Source: a virus. Taken from it: a DNA stretch of 64,000 nucleotides. Of the stretch, positions 8,846 to 17,793 are shown in pieces; the first letter of the stretch is position 1; each line of letters begins with the position of its first letter. The stretch lies in IMG/VR virus record IMGVR_UViG_3300020419_000923, positions 2,703 through 66,702 of that record; one strand, given 5' to 3'. The notes below the pieces were generated by a model. The model made no database searches. It saw nothing but the letters and a program-made list of their open reading frames with translations, and had not been told where the DNA came from. Position numbers and translations under genes: made by a program.

Positions 8846-10271
8846 CGCCTCCTAGATTTGCTAGGAACGATCTTAGTTTTGTAGAATCTGCTTCTGCTTT
8901 TATCTTACCAACACTATCACCTGTCTTAGGATTAACATCAGCTTCTACAACTTCTTTGTCTTCACCGGACATTGTGTTACGTTTTAATCCTTCATATATT
9001 GTAGACTTACGTTTATCAAACTCTTGATAATCATCATCTTCTGCTAAGTCTCGGATCCGTAAACTGTCTACGTCAAATTCTAAATCTACCTTACTGCCAA
9101 CACCACTAGAACTTCTAGTCTTCATAAGTTGTATTTGATACCTGCCACGTTCACGCATAGCTCTACTTGTAAAGATTCCAATAACATTGTCAGCAGTTTG
9201 TATCTTACTTAAACCACCACTGATGTGCGAATGATCAAATTCAATTTCTTCAACACTTGCTCTGTTTAACTGCGATGCTGTAACGAACACACAGTTAAGT
9301 TCCATAGCCAAGTTACGTAGTTCTTCAGATACAAACTTATCTTTGATAAACAAGTTCTCAGCACTAACTTTAGCACCATTAGGCATTAACAAATCTAAAT
9401 AGTCAATTAGTAAAACATCAACTTTCCTATTCATTTTTATTTCATATTCTTTTAAGTAAGCTCTAATATCATTAGGAGTCTTACCACTAGGCATATATTT
9501 GACTTGTAATGCTCCTGCCTTCTTACCAATCATTTTTACTTTCATTTCAACTTCGTCAACATCTTTAAAAATATCTCTTGTTGGTATATCAGTAACCATA
9601 CTGTCTACACGCATACTAACCAAGTTCTCTGAAAGTTCAAGTGTAAGATATAATACATTCATTCCTGCTAGTGCCCAGTTGACTCCTAAGTTTGCTAAGA
9701 ACAAACTCTTACCAGCGCCACTACCACCAGCAAAGATATTAAGCTCGCCTCTATTAAAGCCGCCAAATAATTTCTTATCTAAACTATCCCAACCTGTACT
9801 CACTTGTCCATTGTTACTCTTAATTGCTAAAAGTCTTTCTTTAGGATTCAACCAATAGTCTGTTCCTAAGTCTTTTTGTAAACCTATTTGTACAGCATTT
9901 TTAATCTTCTGTTCAACAGGACCATATTGTCCTTTTTCTAACAAGTCAGCACTTTCAAGTATTGCTTTCTCTAAAGATTTATGTCTAGTAAATGTTTCAA
10001 AGTCAGCAAGTAGCCAATCATAGTGACTTTCTTGTAAACCTGTTGGCACTTCTAAGTTTACTTGGCTGGCCGCATTGACTATTTCTTGTGTAGGCAAAAC
10101 ATTATGTTCACCAACATATTCATAAATGAACTGTGCCGCTTTTTGTAATCTTCTATCAAATAAACTGTGATCAAATACACCTTGACATCTTACAAAACTT
10201 TCAGCGTCACTCAGCATCATCTCGAGATATACTTTTTGTATATCATATCCATAGTCAGTGTTTTGCTTCAT
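8832..10271 (-). CDS. gp41: Replicative DnaB-like helicase (T4 gp41-like)
   Basis: Walker A GGSGAGKS, LIDYLDL, TASQLNR, MKTR. Confidence 0.93.
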   Translation of the reverse strand: MKQNTDYGYDIQKVYLEMMLSDAESFVRCQGVFDHSLFDRRLQKAAQFIYEYVGEHNVLPTQEIVNAASQVNLEVPTGLQESHYDWLLADFETFTRHKSLEKAILESADLLEKGQYGPVEQKIKNAVQIGLQKDLGTDYWLNPKERLLAIKSNNGQVSTGWDSLDKKLFGGFNRGELNIFAGGSGAGKSLFLANLGVNWALAGMNVLYLTLELSENLVSMRVDSMVTDIPTRDIFKDVDEVEMKVKMIGKKAGALQVKYMPSGKTPNDIRAYLKEYEIKMNRKVDVLLIDYLDLLMPNGAKVSAENLFIKDKFVSEELRNLAMELNCVFVTASQLNRASVEEIEFDHSHISGGLSKIQTADNVIGIFTSRAMRERGRYQIQLMKTRSSSGVGSKVDLEFDVDSLRIRDLAEDDDYQEFDKRKSTIYEGLKRNTMSGEDKEVVEADVNPKTGDSVGKIKAEADSTKLRSFLANLGGDDED

Positions 10272-10416
10272 CTAATGCCTTTACCAATTCTTCTAATGTT
10301 TCTATAAATTTATATACCACTGCCTTCTTCTTTGCTTCTGGTAGATCTGAACCGAACCTTACAGCATGTAACAGTTTTGGATACTCTCTATTCAATTTTT
10401 TGTTTACTTCATCCAA
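10255..10416 (-). CDS. Small hypothetical protein (53 aa), not in the ORF track
   Basis: TTG start; MDEVNKKLNREYPKLLHAVRFGSDLPEAKKKAVVYKFIETLEELVKALDEAKH; fills the gap and overlaps both neighbours. Confidence 0.55.
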   Translation of the reverse strand: MDEVNKKLNREYPKLLHAVRFGSDLPEAKKKAVVYKFIETLEELVKALDEAKH

Positions 10417-10753
10417 AATAAAAGTTCATCAATCCCATTAGTAATACAGTTGCTAGAGCACCGTTCAACATTGTCAAAGCTCTATCGTGCCATAACATGC
10501 CCACCCAAAGCCAACCTAATGTACCTACCAAACTAAACCACAAATCAATAAGTGGAATAGTGCCTACACTACGAGCCGCTACGGCTGTTAGTATAAAGAA
10601 GCTGGCTGTCCATTTTACATACCAAGACAAATCTCCTTTAGGCGTAACCTTCTTGAACACTCTTGTTGAATTCAACTCTTTTATCTTTTCATCTAATTTT
10701 TTATACACTTCATTCATATTAACTAGTATACCATATCTTGTCATTATAGTCAA
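10409..10753 (-). CDS. Small membrane protein (DUF6552-like)
   Basis: SWYVKWTAS and WLWVGMLWHDRAL; three hydrophobic segments; true start probably near MNEVYKK. Confidence 0.6.
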   Translation of the reverse strand: MTIMTRYGILVNMNEVYKKLDEKIKELNSTRVFKKVTPKGDLSWYVKWTASFFILTAVAARSVGTIPLIDLWFSLVGTLGWLWVGMLWHDRALTMLNGALATVLLMGLMNFYFG

Positions 10754-11684
10754 CCTGTTTTTTGATTCTGGTTAATACTGCTCCAATACAACTACCTGGA
10801 TCTCCAGGGTTTTTTGGAACATACAAGTTTTTCCAATCTGCTTCAATCTTTTGGTTGGCTGTTTTATTTAAAGCACAACCTCCTGTAATGATTAAATTTT
10901 TACTTGGTAGTTTTTTCTTACACCAATCACTATTTGATTTCAATATCTTTTCATAAACGGCCTGTGTAGCAAATGCCATTTCAATATTATCATCTAGTTC
11001 AGGAAGTATATGTTTGCCTCCTCTATGTAGATTGATGTTAAAATGTACTCCTGGCATACTACCGTCTAGTTCTTCATTTACTAAAGTTTTCTCTAGTGCA
11101 TTAACATAAGCACCCTTGGCTCCTTTAGCAAAATCAACTATTTTAAATTCTTCTTTGTTTGGTTCTAATCCACATCGCTGAGTCATAGCACTATAAAATA
11201 ATCCTACACTATGTGGATATTTTTGAGAATAAACTTTCTTAAGTTTGTCTCCAACACCTTTCCATATTGTTAAACTTTCCCATTCACCTATACTGTCCAT
11301 ACAAAGTATAGTTGCGTTTTTAAATCCACTTGTATAATAACCGTAAGCGGCATGAGCATGATGATGCCATGCGTATTCTATAGGAGCATCAATACCCCAG
11401 TTGCTTAGATACTTGTCAATATTATTTTCTTTTGCTAGCCAACCTTGACCAGCCCACCATTGTCTTGTGGTTTTCCAAAAAGGTTTTTCGTACCATATAA
11501 TTCTATCAGGTTTGCCATAGGCTTGGTTTGCGGCTTCTATCATAGTCCAATGGAAATCTGGATGGTTGTCTTTCATCTTAGCATGGTCAAAGTCTTTTGC
11601 CATACATGCCCATACAGGTTTATTATGTAGGAAGACTGCTAAACTAGCGTCATGGCTATTGCCTACCATTCCCCACGTAACCAT
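10719..11684 (-). CDS. Carbamoyltransferase (NodU/CmcH family), N-terminal Kae1-like domain only
   Basis: SHDAS, YEKP, HHHAHA, MDSIGE, YPHSVGLFY, TGGCALN, PGDPGS; no C-terminal domain. Confidence 0.8.
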   Translation of the reverse strand: MVTWGMVGNSHDASLAVFLHNKPVWACMAKDFDHAKMKDNHPDFHWTMIEAANQAYGKPDRIIWYEKPFWKTTRQWWAGQGWLAKENNIDKYLSNWGIDAPIEYAWHHHAHAAYGYYTSGFKNATILCMDSIGEWESLTIWKGVGDKLKKVYSQKYPHSVGLFYSAMTQRCGLEPNKEEFKIVDFAKGAKGAYVNALEKTLVNEELDGSMPGVHFNINLHRGGKHILPELDDNIEMAFATQAVYEKILKSNSDWCKKKLPSKNLIITGGCALNKTANQKIEADWKNLYVPKNPGDPGSCIGAVLTRIKKQVDYNDKIWYTS

Positions 11685-11926
11685 TAACTATATTTCTTCC
11701 ATAATTTATGTAACACATAAAACCATACAGAGTTTACTGCTGGTTCAATTATTGCTACAGCACCAGCTTCCCATATACTAGCACCTGTTACTAAACTTAC
11801 AACAGTCATAGCAATTATGATGTGACCAATGAAAAATATAATAGCAAGTATCAAACTTTCATCCATCTTATCTTTTACGGCATTAACAATGCCTTTTGTT
11901 ATTTCAGTCATCAATGTCCATCCCAC
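11684..11926 (-). CDS. Small membrane protein (DUF2061-like)
   Basis: AIIEPAVNSVWFYVLH. Confidence 0.6.
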   Translation of the reverse strand: MGWTLMTEITKGIVNAVKDKMDESLILAIIFFIGHIIIAMTVVSLVTGASIWEAGAVAIIEPAVNSVWFYVLHKLWKKYS

Positions 11927-11930
11927 CTTT

Positions 11931-12074
11931 CTATTTGTATATAAACGGATCTCGTTTTTGAAGTTCTTTTATCTTCTTTTGTAGTTCACGTTGTTTTTTC
12001 TTTTCCTTAAAAAGTTCTATATAGAACCTAATGGGAAATGTTATAAAATCCCAAAATGCTTTTAACCAAACCAT
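11931..12074 (-). CDS. Small basic protein (47 aa), not in the ORF track
   Basis: MVWLKAFWDFITFPIRFYIELFKEKKKQRELQKKIKELQKRDPFIYK; fills the gap after primase. Confidence 0.6.
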   Translation of the reverse strand: MVWLKAFWDFITFPIRFYIELFKEKKKQRELQKKIKELQKRDPFIYK

Positions 12075-13060
12075 TTCTTTGCTCCTAGCTTTATTTTTAG
12101 TTCATTAAATTCAGCACTACCTACAATAGTATGTAGTGTGTATATTTTTCCATATTTCTGAACAGCTTCATTTACATCTTTTATTTCTTTATCCCAGTTC
12201 GGCATACTAACTCCCCAACCTAGTTCTAAAGCCTGTTCAACTATTTTTTCTCCTGATTCATCTCTGTCAGGAACAACAATCACTTTAGTATTTAAACTAT
12301 TAATCAACATAGCCTGTTGATCTTTGATTTCACTTCCTAACAAGGCTACACCTTCAACAGCAATAGCATCAAAAGGTCCTTCTACCACAACTGTGTATAC
12401 ACGACCATAACGTTGACTGTCTAAGTTAAAAACGTATCCTGGTTGTTGATCGCTTATGTACTTTGGATTTCCTTCTTTTATTTTTCTAGCTGTATATCCT
12501 ACAACACGTTTGTCAGAATAGAAAGGAACAATCAGTCTATCTGAATATCCATTTAAAGGTGACCAATGAAAGTTATAATCATCAAAGTATAACTGCCGTG
12601 ACTGTAAGTACTCAAATACTTTTAGTAAGTTTTTATCTACTCCTGTAGATTCCATAGCACGATAATCTGCCCACTCTTGTAAAGGCTTTGCGCCTTCAGG
12701 TAATTCTTTATTCATAAACTTGGGTAGTATAGTCTGGTCATTAGTCTTAAGTTCTTCAGTTTCTAAAACTTGTAAACTTATTTTTGTAATAGTATCATCA
12801 GGAATGTTAAGCCATTGCATCAATCTTTTCATTTTGTAGCTTATTCTTCTACCAGGCTTCCAACTTGCCGTGAAGCCACAATTAAAACAATGATAGCTTA
12901 CACCTCCACCTTCGCCTGTTTTTACTCCTGCTCGTTGTCTTGTATCAGCACTAGTGCCATTATGTACACAACACGGAGCATTAAAACTTAACCAACCAGA
13001 AGGCGTTTGCTTACGCTTATGGGGCAGGTGAAATGTTAGGGTTTCATACACTATACTCAT
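12062..13060 (-). CDS. gp61: DNA primase (T4 gp61-like)
   Basis: N-terminal Zn finger (APCC..YHCFNC); TOPRIM VVEGPFDA and PDRD..G. Confidence 0.88.
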   Translation of the reverse strand: MSIVYETLTFHLPHKRKQTPSGWLSFNAPCCVHNGTSADTRQRAGVKTGEGGGVSYHCFNCGFTASWKPGRRISYKMKRLMQWLNIPDDTITKISLQVLETEELKTNDQTILPKFMNKELPEGAKPLQEWADYRAMESTGVDKNLLKVFEYLQSRQLYFDDYNFHWSPLNGYSDRLIVPFYSDKRVVGYTARKIKEGNPKYISDQQPGYVFNLDSQRYGRVYTVVVEGPFDAIAVEGVALLGSEIKDQQAMLINSLNTKVIVVPDRDESGEKIVEQALELGWGVSMPNWDKEIKDVNEAVQKYGKIYTLHTIVGSAEFNELKIKLGAKKWFG

Positions 13061-13066
13061 ACATGT

Positions 13067-13095
13067 ATTATAGTATAGAACTTTCAGATTGTCAA
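13067..13095 (-). promoter_or_regulatory. Consensus sigma70 promoter, probably giving a leaderless primase mRNA
   Basis: TTGACA (13095-13090), 17 nt, TATAAT (13072-13067), 6 nt, ATG 13060. Confidence 0.85.
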
Positions 13096-13860
13096 CTAGT
13101 TTCTTATCAAAATCTTATCAACAGTACCAGAATTTCCAGATGAATTGGTAACTTTGAATCTTAAATTACTGAACACTCCATTAAAGTTCACATGGTGTGG
13201 TTGTGTTGGAGTTGCCAGTGTTTCGGTTGCTATATCAAACCAGCTTGTGGTATTGTTAGCATCTAGTGTACCTTGTACGATTACTGTGCCGTCAAATCCT
13301 GTAGTATAAAACGCCGCTGTATGTAAGGCACTATTACTATTGGTATGCGGTTCTCCATCTATGACGGAACTGATTCCATCAACAAATGTACTCACTGTTT
13401 TACTATCTATAGCACCAGGAAAAGCTTCGCTTGTAAGCTCTATAGTGCCAGTAATGCCGTATTGTGTATCAGAATAGGTAAGGGAGTTAGTGCCACTAGT
13501 GTTTGTAAGATATACGGTGTATGAAAGATATTGTGCGTCTAAGTTTATTGTATCAGCGTCTGTTATTGTTATTGTAAATTGTCCTTTATAGGAAGGCGTA
13601 GTTGTCTCTTTTATAGTTCCTATATATTTTTTTAATAATACATTATCCTCAGTAAAAACCTCTACATAAGGGGTATACGTATTAAGTATTGACACTGGTT
13701 TCTGATCGTGATTTTTCACTTCAAAAGTAATGACATTGTCTATTCCTTTTGCTATTTTTAAGTTTCTTTGATACACTTTTCTATACTCCGTTAGATTACC
13801 CGTGCCATCTAAGACGACCACGGTGTGATTTGTTAATAAATACCTTGACACTTGTTGCAT
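13096..13860 (-). CDS. Hypothetical beta-rich protein, probably virion-associated
   Basis: Likely start MQQVSRY at 13860, downstream of AATAAATA; Thr-rich. Confidence 0.55.
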   Translation of the reverse strand: MQQVSRYLLTNHTVVVLDGTGNLTEYRKVYQRNLKIAKGIDNVITFEVKNHDQKPVSILNTYTPYVEVFTEDNVLLKKYIGTIKETTTPSYKGQFTITITDADTINLDAQYLSYTVYLTNTSGTNSLTYSDTQYGITGTIELTSEAFPGAIDSKTVSTFVDGISSVIDGEPHTNSNSALHTAAFYTTGFDGTVIVQGTLDANNTTSWFDIATETLATPTQPHHVNFNGVFSNLRFKVTNSSGNSGTVDKILIRN

Positions 13861-13893
13861 AAATAACTTCCTTACTAGTGTATTTATTGAGAT

Positions 13894-14262
13894 ATGTTGA
13901 GAAAAGAGATAGAAGAAAAGTTCCCGTTTTTGTCCGTAGTAACATACGGTGGCCAAGAATTCATTGGTATAGTAAATAACCAAGACAATTTAACCACCAC
14001 TATGTATGTTTACAGTGATGTACTTACGGCAAAAGAAAAAGCAAAGCTAGTAGAGCTAGGCGAAATATGGTGGTGGGAATCAAATAGGATGTTACCCATC
14101 AATATTTTTTTACGTAAAGAGATGGGTCCTTTTAAACACATACAAAGAACTATGAATAGCAAAGATGTAAAGGTTACTCATGGTCCTACTGTGAACCTAA
14201 ATAAACTTACTGTAAAACGTATCAAAAGAAAATCTGTACAACTACTTAAAAAGCCAAAGTGA
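13894..14262 (+). CDS. Hypothetical protein
   Basis: 122-aa ORF divergent from 13860; FPFLS and LGEIWWWESNR..PI. Confidence 0.65.
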   Translation: MLRKEIEEKFPFLSVVTYGGQEFIGIVNNQDNLTTTMYVYSDVLTAKEKAKLVELGEIWWWESNRMLPINIFLRKEMGPFKHIQRTMNSKDVKVTHGPTVNLNKLTVKRIKRKSVQLLKKPK

Positions 14263-14441
14263 TGAACTTAGAAGAAAGAGTTTTTAAGATTAAAAATAAA
14301 TTAGCTGAACTTTATACTAGGCTTGGGTATAATGCTGATGGAAGTTCAAAGAAAACTAAAATCGATGATCGTCCTGCTTCCAACGAAGATAAGAAGTATA
14401 ATCTACAAGCAAAACTAAAAACATTATATAAGAAGCAGTAA
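14259..14441 (+). CDS. Small hypothetical protein
   Basis: GTGA overlap with the upstream gene; 60 aa. Confidence 0.45.
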   Translation: MMNLEERVFKIKNKLAELYTRLGYNADGSSKKTKIDDRPASNEDKKYNLQAKLKTLYKKQ

Positions 14442-14595
14442 ACAGAGTACCAAAGAAAGTCATCGGTACTAGTATTACCCAAAAGACCATCCTCCAAAGA
14501 TATGAGCTAGCCAGTTCTCTTGGCACTTGCCAATCTATCCACTCTACGTCCTTCTTAGGATCCTTCTTCCTGTAATCTTTTACTTCCCAATCCAT
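14356..14595 (-). CDS. Small membrane protein
   Basis: 79 aa with two hydrophobic segments; start overlaps the mini-DnaE end. Confidence 0.5.
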   Translation of the reverse strand: MDWEVKDYRKKDPKKDVEWIDWQVPRELASSYLWRMVFWVILVPMTFFGTLFTASYIMFLVLLVDYTSYLRWKQDDHRF

Positions 14596-15145
14596 TTAGT
14601 TCCTCGCATATTAAGTTGATGTGTACCACAATAGCATGTGCGTATGCTACTGCGTGAGCCTTCTTAAAATAGTATCCGTCCTTAGGTTTAGTCCAAACAC
14701 TTTGGAATATTTCTTCCCAACTTTTATCTTGAAGGTGTCTTTTTGCTGGTCGTATAATTGCTAGTACTGCCGCAAGTTGTTTTATGTTCTTTGGCTTTAG
14801 TTTCTTAATTAGTGAATGATGTCCAGACACATGAAAAACAAGATCACAAAAATCCTTTGTTTCTAAAAGTTCCCACATTGGTTCTTTATTCATAAGAGTT
14901 TTAAGATGGTCCTCATCTTTTACTTTTTCATATATACTTACGTTTAGAAAATCTAATTTAAAGTATCCTCTATCTTCTGCTGTTTCATAGTCAATAGTCG
15001 ACAACATGTCTACAGGATTATGAGGTATCTCTGTTACATATACTCCCGTGTTATGTTTTTTCTTAGTGTCAAGTCTTGCTGTTCTGTGTTTTAGTTTTCC
15101 TAAAACATCATTTCTGTCAGCAAAGTCTATATCAATATCAGGCAT
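14555..15145 (-). CDS. Mini DnaE-like protein (catalytic palm and finger remnants)
   Basis: MPDIDIDFADR, HNTGVY, GYFKLDFLN, LAIIRP, YFKKAHAVAYA in 196 aa. Confidence 0.8.
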   Translation of the reverse strand: MPDIDIDFADRNDVLGKLKHRTARLDTKKKHNTGVYVTEIPHNPVDMLSTIDYETAEDRGYFKLDFLNVSIYEKVKDEDHLKTLMNKEPMWELLETKDFCDLVFHVSGHHSLIKKLKPKNIKQLAAVLAIIRPAKRHLQDKSWEEIFQSVWTKPKDGYYFKKAHAVAYAHAIVVHINLICEELNGLGSKRLQEEGS

Positions 15146-15296
15146 CTTCCTTAGCCTTTATATGTTTGTAATCTAAATAATCTTCACACCATTCATAAAA
15201 CGCACGATCAGTATCAGGCCAGCACTCAGCGAACACTGGATCTTTTCTATGTTCTTTAAATTCTGCCCTTACTTGTTTTTCAGTTAGTTGACTCAT
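15138..15296 (-). CDS. Small hypothetical protein (52 aa), not in the ORF track
   Basis: MSQLTEKQVRAEFKEHRKDPVFAECWPDTDRAFYEWCEDYLDYKHIKAKEDA; overlaps both neighbours. Confidence 0.55.
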   Translation of the reverse strand: MSQLTEKQVRAEFKEHRKDPVFAECWPDTDRAFYEWCEDYLDYKHIKAKEDA

Positions 15297-15799
15297 TCAG
15301 CCTCTGCTTGTGCTTGTGCTTTTTTAAATTCGATAGGTGAAACATAATTATCAAATGTTATTCCGTCTAAGTGATCTAATTCATGTAAAAAACACCTAGC
15401 ATCATATCCGTATAGAGTTTCATTTATCTCTTTTCCGTTTTCGTTTATCCAAGTAGCTTTAATTTTTGAATGTCTTTTTACATACAAATTAACTTTTGGA
15501 AAACTTAAACAGCCCTCCCACATCTCTACTTCTGGATCAATTAATTCGACCACTTTCGGATTTATACACATGTTTACTCTTTCAGCACTTAAATTTTGTA
15601 GTGCCTCAGCATGAAATATAAACAGTCTCTTGTCTAACCCAACTTGATTAGCACTTAGGCCTATGCCTTTATGCTCTTTCATTACTCTATCCATTTCCGC
15701 TTTTATTTCATGTATGTCTTCCGGAATGTTATCAGGATCCATAGGTTCTATTTTCTTTTGTAGCCATTCATTTGGCGCTTTTATAAGTTCTAGTTTCAT
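15293..15799 (-). CDS. def: Peptide deformylase
   Basis: GIGLSANQVG, EGCLS, HELDHLDG; likely start MKLELIK at 15799. Confidence 0.93.
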   Translation of the reverse strand: MKLELIKAPNEWLQKKIEPMDPDNIPEDIHEIKAEMDRVMKEHKGIGLSANQVGLDKRLFIFHAEALQNLSAERVNMCINPKVVELIDPEVEMWEGCLSFPKVNLYVKRHSKIKATWINENGKEINETLYGYDARCFLHELDHLDGITFDNYVSPIEFKKAQAQAEAE

Positions 15800-16074
15800 A
15801 AGAACAACCTCCATAACGCAATAGCATTCATTATAGTAAACCACGAACAAAGAACTATTACAAATGCCGCTTTTCTAATTATAGCACTAATTATTCCTAA
15901 TATACTTCCTACGAAATATAATGGAATAAAGATTTTTGTAGCAGGAGCTAAAACGGTATAAGTCAGTATAGCACTAGCACTTATTAAGAATGTTGCTTCT
16001 GCCATTTCGCAAAAGAAAGCAATTTTGCTGTTCGTGTAACTTTCTTTTACAAATTTTTTTATTACTTTAAACAT
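15796..16074 (-). CDS. Small membrane protein
   Basis: 92 aa, three hydrophobic segments. Confidence 0.55.
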   Translation of the reverse strand: MFKVIKKFVKESYTNSKIAFFCEMAEATFLISASAILTYTVLAPATKIFIPLYFVGSILGIISAIIRKAAFVIVLCSWFTIMNAIALWRLFL

Positions 16075-16634
16075 TACTTATCCTCATAAAAATAGTCGAC
16101 TACAAAAATTCTTTTGTTGTCTCTTACAGGATAGCTACCATGTAATACTGTGCTTTTGAATATTAACATATCGCCTCTGTTTGGTTTGTAACATAAATCA
16201 TGAGTGTTCCCTTCTCCATCATATAGGTAGGCAAACGTTCCTCCATGAAAGGTTGTAGTATCTGGATCGCTATCAGTAAGATAAACCACAGCACTTATTT
16301 TCTTTACATTAGGATCACCATGTCTGTGTGCCTTTTGCCAGCCACCTTTTTTGTATTCTATGATCCACAAAGCACATAGATCAGTAAGTGTAATAGGAAG
16401 TCCAACTTCGTCTATAATACCTTGTAAATGCGGTTTAAACTTCCATTCGTTGACATAAGCATCAGGATGAATATTAAATTGTTTACCTCGATATGTACTT
16501 GTTTGATCACTAACATCTTCTCGTGTTTCACTAGGAAAAACTTTTTTATCCCAATGAAAATCAAATTCTTCTTTGTCTTCGTAATGAGACTCTATTATCC
16601 ATTGGTGTATGTTTCCTAGTAAATGTGTTTTCAT
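16074..16634 (-). CDS. 2OG-Fe(II) oxygenase-like protein
   Basis: W..EYKKGGWQKAHRH, ISAVVYL, GDMLIF.S.VLH.S.P....KR. Confidence 0.7.
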   Translation of the reverse strand: MKTHLLGNIHQWIIESHYEDKEEFDFHWDKKVFPSETREDVSDQTSTYRGKQFNIHPDAYVNEWKFKPHLQGIIDEVGLPITLTDLCALWIIEYKKGGWQKAHRHGDPNVKKISAVVYLTDSDPDTTTFHGGTFAYLYDGEGNTHDLCYKPNRGDMLIFKSTVLHGSYPVRDNKRIFVVDYFYEDK

Positions 16635-17383
16635 AATTTTGATTCCTTAGCAACTTCCTTTACAACTTCTACATCAGCTTGTTTCTTTCTAAACTTCATT
16701 GCCCAATGCTTTGGATCTATAACTGTGTACACAAACTCTAATTGTTCATCATTAAACTGTGATAGCATCTTCTTACCTGATCCGCAGTTTAACATAAGCC
16801 AGGGACTAATCTTTCCATCCTTGATATCTCTTGTTACTCTATTTAATGTTGCGTGTCTAAAGTAATCGTTCCAAGGTGCTTCTTTCTCTTCACCCCAAGA
16901 CATCATAGTATCAATAGTTCTTTCTACTGCTGTCTCCATGCTTTCTTTTAAAATATATTCGTTAACATACTTTTCATACAGTTCATCTCTACACCAATGA
17001 TCAAGTTTAACTCCGCCTGTTACAACCCAATCAATATAGTTTTCCATATACAAAGGTTTCACGTTGTTTAACCAACTTCCGAACTTAACAAACGCATTGT
17101 AGTAAGGACTGTCACAAAATTGCTTATATGTTTTTTCTGTCTTAGTACCAGCACTTAATTTGTAAAATCTAGTAAATCCATAAAATCCAAGTTGTACATG
17201 TTTTTCATTCTTTTGTAAGTGTCTACGTTTTTTCTCACACATATGAACTGCTAAAGTCTTTTCTCTAGTAAAAGCCGATCCACAATATTCACAGACGTAT
17301 GGCTTAGATGTCGACACTTTTCTTATCCATTCCGTATGCTTCTCCAAGGGCAAACAATTCTTTTTTTGTAGATATTCTAGCAA
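16631..17383 (-). CDS. Hypothetical protein with N-terminal C2H2/C2HC zinc finger
   Basis: KPYVCEYCGSAFTREKTLAVHMCE; true start probably GTG 17317. Confidence 0.65.
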   Translation of the reverse strand: MLEYLQKKNCLPLEKHTEWIRKVSTSKPYVCEYCGSAFTREKTLAVHMCEKKRRHLQKNEKHVQLGFYGFTRFYKLSAGTKTEKTYKQFCDSPYYNAFVKFGSWLNNVKPLYMENYIDWVVTGGVKLDHWCRDELYEKYVNEYILKESMETAVERTIDTMMSWGEEKEAPWNDYFRHATLNRVTRDIKDGKISPWLMLNCGSGKKMLSQFNDEQLEFVYTVIDPKHWAMKFRKKQADVEVVKEVAKESKL

Positions 17384-17759
17384 GTAATTCTACCTCATCT
17401 TTTTTCATGTTAGGAAATAACTTTTCTAAAAATTTTACATTCTTACTGTTTGATCCTGTTTTCTTCTTATAACCAATCCATTCATGATACTGTATATTCT
17501 TTGTGTTACCAGCCATACAAATAAGTTGCCATAACAGTTTCTTATGTTTTTGTAAATTAAAAAAGTTTTTATTATAGTATTCATTCGTTTTAAATACTGC
17601 TAATTCTTGATTATCTCTATTACCTTTTTGTGAACTTACATATCTATTAAGGAGATAAAAACTTACTTGTTTCTTTTCGTCATTAGATAGTTCGTCCCAA
17701 ACTTCTTTGGCTCCCATATCAACTGCCGCAAGTATATCTTTTAAAGGTAACTTATTCAT
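17304..17759 (-). CDS. Probable clamp-loader small subunit (T4 gp62-like)
   Basis: Size; FYLLNRYVS, NEYYN and Lys-rich W.GYKKK then LEKLFP pattern; replication context. Confidence 0.5.
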   Translation of the reverse strand: MNKLPLKDILAAVDMGAKEVWDELSNDEKKQVSFYLLNRYVSSQKGNRDNQELAVFKTNEYYNKNFFNLQKHKKLLWQLICMAGNTKNIQYHEWIGYKKKTGSNSKNVKFLEKLFPNMKKDEVELLARISTKKELFALGEAYGMDKKSVDI

Positions 17760-17764
17760 AATTT

Positions 17765-17793
17765 ATTATAACCTAATTTGCTTAAAAAGTCAA
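17765..17793 (-). promoter_or_regulatory. Sigma70 promoter, essentially leaderless
   Basis: TTGACT (17793-17788), 17 nt, TATAAT (17770-17765), 5 nt, ATG 17759. Confidence 0.8.

Noticed and set aside
13861-13983. N-terminal extensions in the ORF track (13983, 15850, 27628, 33723, 53544)
   Set aside because: They overlap neighbouring genes; downstream ATGs fit the promoter, RBS or gene-packing positions better
6331-15145. Split-intein DnaE or frameshifted pseudogene
   Set aside because: Both ORFs contain the same catalytic motifs, have intact frames and show no intein termini
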